Source: Schmidtea nova (lineage: Eukaryota). Taken from it: 64,000 nt of DNA. Each line of letters opens with the position of its first letter. The first letter of the stretch is position 1. The DNA is taken from NCBI GenBank assembly GCA_044892505.1, contig CM097884.1, positions 29,760,001-29,824,000 on the forward strand, written 5' to 3'. Positions 1 to 12,600 of this stretch are shown here, one piece after another. The notes under the pieces are model-generated. The model did not search any database, was not told where the DNA came from, and saw only the letters and a program-made list of their open reading frames with translations. Made by a program: the position numbers and the translations under genes.

Positions 1-645
1 GAGACGGTAAATAGTGAAAGCAGTTTTGAATGCAAATCAGTTGAAGAAAGCTGGAGTCAAGTTGGTGCAAAGGCAGTTGAAGTTGGTTCAGAATTCAGAA
101 GCGTGATTGTAGAATGTTCAAGTGAATATACAATTAGTATGAGAGAAAGTCAGGTAGACCAAGTAATAGAAACTGAAGAAGTCGGTGTAATGACAGTAGG
201 ATTGATAGTGATAGATGAGTCATCGGTGTTTGAATTGAGGTGCTGCACAGTTGAATGTGAAACTGTAGAAATCGTAGAAGAAATAATTCCTTTAGAGGCA
301 AAGGAAGAGGAATCAGAAAGATTGTTAATTGAGAATGAAAGTGTAAGCTGGGAGATTCCAATGCTAGATATTGCTACTACAACAGTTAAGCCGACATTAG
401 AAGATATTAGCACAGAAAATGTAATTGAGCATGTTGAATATAGTGGTGAATGGTGCCGAGAAATTAAGCATGAAAGTGAAATGTTTGAAACAGAGAAATC
501 AGTTTACTCAACAACGATCATATCATCAGATGAAGACATTAAATATTGCTCAGTTGAAATACAATTCGAAGAAACAAAGTCTCGCAACATAGAATCTGGC
601 TACGAAATCAAGTCAACAATGAAAGAATGTTACAGCGAAACAGAG
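1..645 (+). CDS. Repeat exon, partial (3' 215 codons)
   Basis: Open frame from base 1 (ETVNSES...) to donor GAG|gtaaat at 645/646. Confidence 0.8.
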
Positions 646-3600
646 GTAAATAAAATAAATTCATTTTTACAAATAATGTCACTTATTCACTGCCTAAAAT
701 CTATCATGATGTCTATAAAGATAAATACTGTTTTGAAACCTTTATCATAATATTTAATTTTTTAATCATATTTAATCATTGTTTATTTATTAACCTCTTC
801 TTTGCAATTTTATGTCTTAGTTTTATTAATTTACAAAATATTTCGAGTCATTTTAGAACTGTTTTCTTGTGTTTAGATTAAATCTGAAAACATTGCAACT
901 GAAACTGGAATAACAGAATTGATACATACGAGCTTGGAAAAAGATACAAAAGCTTCAAATAAGTTAACTGACTATAGAGCAGAGGCCATTGACATGAGCA
1001 GTGAATCATTCAAAGATAGTGAAATTGTAGAAGTTTCTTTCGAAAAACTCAAAGACACAGTTGACTTTAGCGGTAGTGTAGAAAGTAAAATGATTGAAGT
1101 AGGAACAGAAACTTTCGGAGAAAAGCATAATGTATTCATCGATACGCTTACAAGTCATGAAGCTGAAATTAAATTCGAAGAAACTTTGACTGAGTTCATG
1201 TATGAGACGGTAAATAGTGAAAGCAGTTTTGAATGCAAATCAGTTGAAGAAAGCTGGAGTCAAGTTGGTGCAAAGGCAGTTGAAGTTGGTTCAGAATTCA
1301 GAAGCGTGATTGTAGAATGTTCAAGTGAATATACAATTAGTATGAGAGAAAGTCAGGTAGACCAAGTAATAGAAACTGAAGAAGTCGGTGTAATGACAGT
1401 AGGATTGATAGTGATAGATGAGTCATCGGTGTTTGAATTGAGGTGCTGCACAGTTGAATGTGAAACTGTAGAAATCGTAGAAGAAATAATTCCTTTAGAG
1501 GCAAAGGAAGAGGAATCAGAAAGATTGTTAATTGAGAATGAAAGTGTAAGCTGGGAGATTCCAATGTTAGATATTGCTACTACAACAGTTAAGCCGACAT
1601 TAGAAGATATTAGCACAGAAAATGTAATTGAGCATGTTGAATATAGTGGTGAATGGTGCCGAGAAATTAAGCATGAAAATGAAATGTTTGAAACAGAGAA
1701 ATCAGTTTACTCAACAACGATCATATCATCAGATGAAGACATTAAATATTGCTCAGTTGAAATACAATTCGAAGAAACAAAGTCTCGCAACATAGAATCT
1801 GGCTACGAAATCAAGTCAACAATGAAAGAATGTTACAGCGAAACAGAGGTAAATAAAATAAATTCATTTTTACAAATAATGTCACTTATTCACTGCCAAA
1901 AATCTATCATGATGTCTTTAAAGATAAATACTGTTTTGAAACCTTTATCATAATATTTAATTTTTTAATCATATTTAATCATTGTTTATTTATTAACCTC
2001 TTCTTTGCAATTTTATGTCTTAGTTTTATTAATTTACAAAATATTTCGAGTCATTTTAGAACTGTTTTCTTGTGTTTAGATTAAATCTGAAAACATTGCA
2101 ACTGAAACTGGAATAACAGAATTGATACATACGAGCTTGGAAAAAGATACAAAAGCTTCAAATAAGTTAACTGACTATAGAGCAGAGGCCATTGACATGA
2201 GCAGTGAATCATTCAAAGATAGTGAAATTGTAGAAGTTTCTTTCGAAAAACTCAAAGACACAGTTGACTTTAGCGGTAGTGTAGAAAGTAAAATGATTGA
2301 AGTAGGAACAGAAACTTTCGGAGAAAAGCATAATGTATTCATCGATACGCTTACAAGTCATGAAGCTGAAATTAAATTCGAAGAAACTTTGACTGAGTTC
2401 ATGTATGAGACGGTAAATAGTGAAAGCAGTTTTGAATGCAAATCAGTTGAAGAAAGCTGGAGTCAAGTTGGTGCAAAGGCAGTTGAAGTTGGTTCAGAAT
2501 TCAGAAGCGTGATTGTAGAATGTTCAAGTGAATATACAATTAGTATGAGAGAAAGTCAGGTAGACCAAGTAATAGAAACTGAAGAAGTCGGTGTAATGAC
2601 AGTAGGATTGATAGTGATAGATGAGTCATCGGTGTTTGAATTGAGGTGCTGCACAGTTGAATGTGAAACTGTAGAAATCGTAGAAGAAATAATTCCTTTA
2701 GAGGCAAAGGAAGAGGAATCAGAAAGATTGTTAATTGAGAATGAAAGTGTAAGCTGGGAGATTCCAATGTTAGATATTGCTACTAAAACAGTTAAGCCGA
2801 CATTAGAAGATATTAGCACAGAAAATGTAATTGAGCATGTTGAATATAGTGGTGAATGGTGCCGAGAAATTAAGCATGAAAATGAAATGTTTGAAACAGA
2901 GAAATCAGTTTACTCAACAACGATCATATCATCAGATGAAGACATTAAATATTGCTCAGTTGAAATACAATTCGAAGAAACAAAGTCTCGCAACATAGAA
3001 TCTGGCTACGAAATCAAGTCAACAATGAAAGAATGTTACAGCGAAACAGAGGTAAATAAAATAAATTCATTTTTACAAATAATGTCACTTATTCACTGCC
3101 AAAAATCTATCATGATGTCTTTAAAGATAAATACTGTTTTGAAACCTTTATCATAATATTTAATTTTTTAATCATATTTAATCATTGTTTATTTATTAAC
3201 CTCTTCTTTGCAATTTTATGTCTTAGTTTTATTAATTTACAAAATATTTCGAGTCATTTTAGAACTCTTTTCTTGTGTTTAGATTAAATCTGAAAACATT
3301 GCAACTGAAACTGGAATAACAGAATTGATACATACGAGCTTGGAAAAAGATACAAAAGCTTCAAATAAGTTAACTGACTATAGAGCAGAGGCCATTGACA
3401 TGAGCAGTGAATCATTCAAAGATAGTGAAATTGTAGAAGTTTCTTTCGAAAAACTCAAAGACACAGTTGACTTTAGCGGTAGTGTAGAAAGTAAAATGAT
3501 TGAAGTAGGAACAGAAACTTTCGGAGAAAAGCATAATGTATTCATCGATATGCTTACAAGTCATGAAGCTGAAATTAAATTCGAAGAAACTTTGACTGAG

Positions 3601-6600
3601 TTCATGTGTGAGACGGTAAATAGTGAAAGCAGTTTTGAATGCAAATCAGTTGAAGAAAGCTGGAGTCAAGTTGGTGCAAAGGCAGTTGAAGTTGGTTCAG
3701 AATTCAGAAGCGTGATTGTAGAATGTTCAAGTGAATATACAATTAGTATGAGAGAAAGTCAGGTAGACCAAGCAATAGAAACTGAAGAAGTCGGTGTAAT
3801 GACAGTAGGATTGATAGTGATAGATGAGTCATCGGTGTTTGAATTGAGGTGCTGCACAGTTGAATGTGAAACTGTAGAAATCGTAGAAGAAATAATTCCT
3901 TTAGAGGCAAAGGAAGAGGAATCAGAAAGATTGTTAATTGAGAATGAAAGTGTAAGCTGGGAGATTCCAATGCTAGATATTGCTACTACAACAGTTAAGC
4001 CGACATTAGAAGATATTAGCACAGAAAATGTAATTGAGCATGTTGAATATAGTGGTGAATGGTGCCGAGAAATTAAGCATGAAAGTGAAATGTTTGAAAC
4101 AGAGAAATCAGTTTACTCAACAACGATCATATCATCAGATGAAGACATTAAATATTGCTCAGTTGAAATACAATTCGAAGAAACAAAGTCTTGCAACATA
4201 GAATCTGGCTACGAAATCAAGTCAACAATGAAAGAATGTTACAGCGAAACAGAGGTAAATAAAATAAATTCATTTTTACAAATAATGTCACTTATTCACT
4301 GCCAAAAATCTATCATGATGTCTTTAAAGATAAATACTGTTTTGAAACCTTTATCATAATATTTAATTTTTTAATCATATTTAATCATTGTTTATTTATT
4401 AACCTCTTCTTTGCAATTTTATGTCTTAGTTTTATTAATTTACAAAATATTTCGAGTCATTTTAGAACTGTTTTCTTGTGTTTAGATTAAATCTGAAAAC
4501 ATTGCAACTGAAACTGGAATAACAGAATTGATACATACGAGCTTGGAAAAAGATACAAAAGCTTCAAATAAGTTAACTGACTATAGAGCAGAGGCCATTG
4601 ACATGAGCAGTGAATCATTCAAAGATAGTGAAATTGTAGAAGTTTCTTTCGAAAAACTCAAAGACACAGTTGACTTTAGCGGTAGTGTAGAAAGTAAAAT
4701 GATTGAAGTAGGAACAGAAACTTTCGGAGAAAAGCATAATGTATTCATCGATATGCTTACAAGTCATGAAGCTGAAATTAAATTCGAAGAAACTTTGACT
4801 GAGTTCATGTGTGAGACGGTAAATAGTGAAAGCAGTTTTGAATGCAAATCAGTTGAAGAAAGCTGGAGTCAAGTTGGTGCAAAGGCAGTTGAAGTTGGTT
4901 CAGAATTCAGAAGCGTGATTGTAGAATGTTCAAGTGAATATACAATTAGTATGAGAGAAAGTCAGGTAGACCAAGCAATAGAAACTGAAGAAGTCGGTGT
5001 AATGACAGTAGGATTGATAGTGATAGATGAGTCATCGGTGTTTGAATTGAGGTGCTGCACAGTTGAATGTGAAACTGTAGAAATCGTAGAAGAAATAATT
5101 CCTTTAGAGGCAAAGGAAGAGGAATCAGAAAGATTGTTAATTGAGAATGAAAGTGTAAGCTGGGAGATTCCAATGCTAGATATATCTACTACAATAGTTA
5201 AGCCGACATTAGAAGATATTAGCACAGAAAATGTAATTGAGCATGTTGAATATAGTGGTGAATGGTGCCGAGAAATTAAGCATGAAAGTGAAATGTTTGA
5301 AACAGAGAAATCAGTTTACTCAACAACGATCATATCATCAGATGAAGACATTAAATATTGCTCAGTTGAAATACAATTCGAAGAAACAAAGTCTCGCAAC
5401 ATAGAATCTGGCTACGAAATCAAGTCAACAATGAAAGAATGTTACAGCGAAACAGAGGTAAATAAAATAAATTCATTTTTACAAATAATGTCACTTATTC
5501 ACTGCCTAAAATCTATCATGATGTCTTTAAAGATAAATACTGTTTTGAAACCTTTATCATAATATTTAATTTTTTAATCATATTTAATCATTGTTTATTT
5601 ATTAACCTCTTCTTTGCAATTTTATGTCTTAGTTTTATTAATTTACAAAATATTTCGAGTCATTTTAGAACTCTTTTCTTGTGTTTAGATTAAATCTGAA
5701 AACATTGCAACTGAAACTGGAATAACAGAATTGATACATACGAGCTTGGAAAAAGATACAAAAGCTTCAAATAAGTTAACTGACTATAGAGCAGAGGCCA
5801 TTGACATGAGCAGTGAATCATTCAAAGATAGTGAAATTGTAGAAGTTTCTTTCGAAAAACTCAAAGACACAGTTGACTTTAGCGGTAGTGTAGAAAGTAA
5901 AATGATTGAAGTAGGAACAGAAACTTTCGGAGAAAAGCATAATGTATTCATCGATACGCTTACAAGTCATGAAGCTGAAATTAAATTCGAAGAAACTTTG
6001 ACTGAGTTCATGCATGAGACGGTAAATAGTGAAAGCAGTTTTGAATGCAAATCAGTTGAAGAAAGCTGGAGTCAAGTTGGTGCAAAGGCAGTTGATGTTG
6101 GTTCAGAATTCAGAAGCGTGATTGTAGAATGTTCAAGTGAATATACAATTAGTATGAGAGAAAGTCAGGTAGACCAAGCAATAGAAACTGAAGAAGTCGG
6201 TGTAATGACAGTAGGATTGATAGTGATAGATGAGTCATCGGTGTTTGAATTGAGGTGCTGCACAGTTGAATGTGAAACTGTAGAAATCGTAGAAGAAATA
6301 ATTCCTTTAGAGGCAAAGGAAGAGGAATCAGAAAGATTGTTAATTGAGAATGAAAGTGTAAGCTGGGAGATTCCAATGCTAGATATTGCTACTACAACAG
6401 TTAAGCCGACATTAGAAGATATTAGCACAGAAAATGTAATTGAGCATGTTGAATATAGTGGTGAATGGTGCCGAGAAATTAAGCATGAAAGTGAAATGTT
6501 TGAAACAGAGAAATCAGTTTACTCAACAACGATCATATCATCAGATGAAGACATTAAATATTGCTCAGTTGAAATACAATTCGAAGAAACAAAGTCTCGC

Positions 6601-9600
6601 AACATAGAATCTGGCTACGAAATCAAGTCAACAATGAAAGAATGTTACAGCGAAACAGAGGTAAATAAAATAAATTCATTTTTACAAATAATGTCACTTA
6701 TTCACTGCCTAAAATCTATCATGATGTCTTTAAAGATAAATACTGTTTTGAAACCTTTATCATAATATTTAATTTTTTAATCATATTTAATCATTGTTTA
6801 TTTATTAACCTCTTCTTTGCAATTTTATGTCTTAGTTTTATTAATTTACAAAATATTTCGAGTCATTTTAGAACTGTTTTCTTGTGTTTAGATTAAATCT
6901 GAAAACATTGCAACTGAAACTGGAATAACAGAATTGATACATACGAGCTTGGAAAAAGATACAAAAGCTTCAAATAAGTTAACTGACTATAGAGCAGAGG
7001 CCATTGACATGAGCAGTGAATCATTCAAAGATAGTGAAATTGTAGAAGTTTCTTTCGAAAAACTCAAAGACACAGTTGACTTTAGCGGTAGTGTAGAAAG
7101 TAAAATGATTGAAGTAGGAACAGAAACTTTCGGAGAAAAGCATAATGTATTCATCGATACGCTTACAAGTCATGAAGCTGAAATTAAATTCGAAGAAACT
7201 TTGACTGAGTTCATGCATGAGACGGTAAATAGTGAAAGCAGTTTTGAATGCAAATCAGTTGAAGAAAGCTGGAGTCAAGTTGGTGCAAAGGCAGTTGATG
7301 TTGGTTCAGAATTCAGAAGCGTGATTGTAGAATGTTCAAGTGAATATACAATTAGTATGAGAGAAAGTCAGGTAGACCAAGCAATAGAAACTGAAGAAGT
7401 CGGTGTAATGACAGTAGGATTGATAGTGATAGATGAGTCATCGGTGTTTGAATTGAGGTGCTGCACAGTTGAATGTGAAACTGTAGAAATCGTAGAAGAA
7501 ATAATTCCTTTAGAGGCAAAGGAAGAGGAATCAGAAAGATTGTTAATTGAGAATGAAAGTGTAAGCTGGGAGATTCCAATGCTAGATATTGCTACTACAA
7601 CAGTTAAGCCGACATTAGAAGATATTAGCACAGAAAATGTAATTGAGCATGTTGAATATAGTGGTGAATGGTGCCGAGAAATTATGCATGAAAGTGAAAT
7701 GTTTGAAACAGAGAAATCAGTTTACTCAACAACGATCATATCATCAGATGAAGACATTAAATATTGCTCAGTTGAAATACAATTCGAAGAAACAAAGTCT
7801 CGCAACATAGAATCTGGCTACGAAATCAAGTCAACAATGAAAGAATGTTACAGCGAAACAGAGGTAAATAAAATAAATTCATTTTTACAAATAATGTCAC
7901 TTATTCACTGCCTAAAATCTATCATGATGTCTTTAAAGATAAATACTGTTTTGAAACCTTTATCATAATATTTAATTTTTTAATCATTTTTAATCATTGT
8001 TTATTTATTAACCTCTTCTTTGCAATTTTATGTCTTAGTTTTATTAATTTACAAAATATTTCGAGTCATTTTTAGAACTGTTTTCTTGTGTTTAGATTAA
8101 ATCTGAAAACATTGCAACTGAAACTGGAATAACAGAATTGATACATACGAGCTTGGAAAAAGATACAAAAGCTTCAAATAAGTTAACTGACTATAGAGCA
8201 GAGGCCATTGACATGAGCAGTGAATCATTCAAAGATAGTGAAATTGTAGAAGTTTCTTTCGAAAAACTCAAAGACACAGTTGACTTTAGCGGTAGTGTAG
8301 AAAGTAAAATGATTGAAGTAGGAACAGAAACTTTCGGAGAAAAGCATAATGTATTCATCGATACGCTTACAAGTCATGAAGCTGAAATTAAATTCGAAGA
8401 AACTTTGACTGAGTTCATGCATGAGACGGTAAATAGTGAAAGCAGTTTTGAATGCAAATCAGTTGAAGAAAGCTGGAGTCAAGTTGGTGCAAAGGCAGTT
8501 GAAGTTGGTTCAGAATTCAGAAGCGTGATTGTAGAATGTTCAAGTGAATATACAATTAGTATGAGAGAAAGTCAGGTAGACCAAGCAATAGAAACTGAAG
8601 AAGTCGGTGTAATGACAGTAGGATTGATAGTGATAGATGAGTCATCGGTGTTTGAATTGAGGTGCTGCACAGTTGAATGTGAAACTGTAGAAATCGTAAA
8701 AGAAATAATTCCTTTAGAGGCAAAGGAAGAGGAATCAGAAAGATTGTTAATTGAGAATGAAAGTGTAAGCTGGGAGATTCCAATGCTAGATATTGCTACT
8801 ACAACAGTTAAGCCGACATTAGAAGATATTAGCACAGAAAATGTAATTGAGCATGTTGAATATAGTGGTGAATGGTGCCGAGAAATTATGCATGAAAGTG
8901 AAATGTTTGAAACAGAGAAATCAGTTTACTCAACAACGATCATATCATCAGATGAAGACATTAAATATTGCTCAGTTGAAATACAATTCGAAGAAACAAA
9001 GTCTCGCAACATAGAATCTGGCTACGAAATCAAGTCAACAATGAAAGAATGTTACAGCGAAACAGAGGTAAATAAAATAAATTCATTTTTACAAATAATG
9101 TCACTTATTCACTGCCTAAAATCTATCATGATGTCTTTAAAGATAAATACTGTTTTGAAACCTTTATCATAATATTTAATTTTTTAATCATTTTTAATCA
9201 TTGTTTATTTATTAACCTCTTCTTTGCAATTTTATGTCTTAGTTTTATTAATTTACAAAATATTTCGAGTCATTTTTAGAACTGTTTTCTTGTGTTTAGA
9301 TTAAATCTGAAAACATTGCAACTGAAACTGGAATAACAGAATTGATACATACGAGCTTGGAAAAAGATACAAAAGCTTCAAATAAGTTAACTGACTATAG
9401 AGCAGAGGCCATTGACATGAGCAGTGAATCATTCAAAGATAGTGAAATTGTAGAAGTTTCTTTCGAAAAACTCAAAGACACAGTTGACTTTAGCGGTAGT
9501 GTAGAAAGTAAAATGATTGAAGTAGGAACAGAAACTTTCGGAGAAAAGCATAATGTATTCATCGATACGCTTACAAGTCATGAAGCTGAAATTAAATTCG

Positions 9601-12600
9601 AAGAAACTTTGACTGAGTTCATGCATGAGACGGTAAATAGTGAAAGCAGTTTTGAATGCAAATCAGTTGAAGAAAGCTGGAGTCAAGTTGGTGCAAAGGC
9701 AGTTGAAGTTGGTTCAGAATTCAGAAGCGTGATTGTAGAATGTTCAAGTGAATATACAATTAGTATGAGAGAAAGTCAGGTAGACCAAGCAATAGAAACT
9801 GAAGAAGTCGGTGTAATGACAGTAGGATTGATAGTGATAGATGAGTCATCGGTGTTTGAATTGAGGTGCTGCACAGTTGAATGTGAAACTGTAGAAATCG
9901 TAGAAGAAATAATTCCTTTAGAGGCAAAGGAAGAGGAATCAGAAAGATTGTTAATTGAGAATGAAAGTTTAAGCTGGGAGATTCCAATGCTAGATATTGC
10001 TACTACAACAGTTAAGCCGACATTAGAAGATATTAGCACAGAAAATGTAATTGAGCATGTTGAATATAGTGGTGAATGGTGCCGAGAAATTATGCATGAA
10101 ATTGAAATGTTTGAAACAGAGAAATCAGTTTACTCAACAACGATCATATCATCAGATGAAGACATTAAATATTGCTCAGTTGAAATACAATTCGAAGAAA
10201 CAAAGTCTCGCAACATAGAATCTGGCTACGAAATCAAGTCAACAATGAAAGAATGTTACAGCGAAACAGAGGTAAATAAAATAAATTCATTTTTACAAAT
10301 AATGTCACTTATTCACTGCCTAAAATCTATCATGATGTCTTTAAAGATAAATACTGTTTTGAAACCTTTATCATAATATTTAATTTTTTAATCATATTTA
10401 ATCATTGTTTATTTATTAACCTCTTCTTTGCAATTTTATGTCTTAGTTTTATTAATTTACAAAATATTTCGAGTCATTTTAGAACTGTTTTCTTGTGTTT
10501 AGATTAAATCTGAAAACATTGCAACTGAAACTGGAATAACAGAATTGATACATACGAGCTTGGAAAAAGATACAAAAGCTTCAAATAAGTTAACTGACTA
10601 TAGAGCAGAGGCCATTGACATGAGCAGTGAATCATTCAAAGATAGTGAAATTGTAGAAGTTTCTTTCGAAAAACTCAAAGACACAGTTGACTTTAGCGGT
10701 AGTGTAGAAAGTAAAATGATTGAAGTAGGAACAGAAACTTTCGGAGAAAAGCATAATGTATTCATCGATACGCTTACAAGTCATGAAGCTGAAATTAAAT
10801 TCGAAGAAACTTTGACTGAGTTCATGCATGAGACGGTAAATAGTGAAAGCAGTTTTGAATGCAAATCAGTTGAAGAAAGCTGGAGTCAAGTTGGTGCAAA
10901 GGCAGTTGAAGTTTGTTCAGAATTCAGAAGCGTGATTGTAGAATGTTCAAGTGAATATACAATTAGTATGAGAGAAAGTCAGGTAGACCAAGCAATAGAA
11001 ACTGAAGAAGTCGGTGTAATGACAGTAGGATTGATAGTGATAGATGAGTCATCGGTGTTTGAATTGAGGTGCTGCACAGTTGAATGTGAAACTGTAGAAA
11101 TCGTAGAAGAAATAATTCCTTTAGAGGCAAAGGAAGAGGAATCAGAAAGATTGTTAATTGAGAATGAAAGTGTAAGCTGGGAGATTCCAATGCTAGATAT
11201 TGCTACTACAACAGTTAAGCCGACATTAGAAGATATTAGCACAGAAAATGTAATTGAGCATGTTGAATATAGTGGTGAATGGTGCCGAGAAATTCTGCAT
11301 GAAAGTGAAATGTTTGAAACAGAGAAATCAGTTTACTCAACAACGATCATATCATCAGATGAAGACATTAAATATTGCTCAGTTGAAATACAATTCGAAG
11401 AAACAAAGTCTCGCAACATAGAATCTGGCTACGAAATCAAGTCAACAATGAAAGAATGTTACAGCGAAACAGAGGTAAATAAAATAAATTCATTTTTACA
11501 AATAATGTCACTTATTCACTGCCTAAAATCTATCATGATGTCTTTAAAGATAAATACTGTTTTGAAACCTTTATCATAATATTTAATTTTTTAATCATTT
11601 TTAATCATTGTTTATTTATTAACCTCTTCTTTGCAATTTTATGTCTTAGTTTTATTAATTTACAAAATATTTCGAGTCATTTTTAGAACTGTTTTCTTGT
11701 GTTTAGATTAAATCTGAAAACATTGCAACTGAAACTGGAATAACAGAATTGATACATACGAGCTTGGAAAAAGATACAAAAGCTTCAAATAAGTTAACTG
11801 ACTATAGAGCAGAGGCCATTGACATGAGCAGTGAATCATTCAAAGATAGTGAAATTGTAGAAGTTTCTTTCGAAAAACTCAAAGACACAGTTGACTTTAG
11901 CGGTAGTGTAGAAAGTAAAATGATTGAAGTAGGAACAGAAACTTTCGGAGAAAAGCATAATGTATTCATCGATACGCTTACAAGTCATGAAGCTGAAATT
12001 AAATTCGAAGAAACTTTGACTGAGTTCATGCATGAGACGGTAAATAGTGAAAGCAGTTTTGAATGCAAATCAGTTGAAGAAAGCTGGAGTCAAGTTGGTG
12101 CAAAGGCAGTTGAAGTTGGTTCAGAATTCAGAAGCGTGATTGTAGAATGTTCAAGTGAATATACAATTAGTATGAGAGAAAGTCAGGTAGACCAAGCAAT
12201 AGAAACTGAAGAAGTCGGTGTAATGACAGTAGGATTGATAGTGATAGATGAGTCATCGGTGTTTGAATTGAGGTGCTGCACAGTTGAATGTGAAACTGTA
12301 GAAATCGTAGAAGAAATAATTCCTTTAGAGGCAAAGGAAGAGGAATCAGAAAGATTGTTAATTGAGAATGAAAGTGTAAGCTGGGAGATTCCAATGCTAG
12401 ATATTGCTACTACAACAGTTAAGCCGACATTAGAAGATATTAGCACAGAAAATGTAATTGAGCATGTTGAATATAGTGGTGAATGGTGCCGAGAAATTAA
12501 GCATGAAAGTGAAATGTTTGAAACAGAGAAATCAGTTTACTCAACAACGATCATATCATCAGATGAAGACATTAAATATTGCTCAGTTGAAATACAATTC

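Noticed and set aside
649-659. AATAAA motifs overlapping each repeat's splice donor as intronic poly(A) sites
   Set aside because: Expected by chance in such AT-rich DNA, and cleavage there would precede any stop codon; unsupported without 3'-end data.
646-876. Continuous unspliced ORF under a TAA/TAG-reassigned (ciliate-type) genetic code, since 1203 is divisible by 3 and the spacer has only TAA/TAG stops in frame
   Set aside because: The 1204-bp units would frameshift, the exons never use in-frame TAA/TAG, and the spacer has canonical splice signals and intron-like composition.
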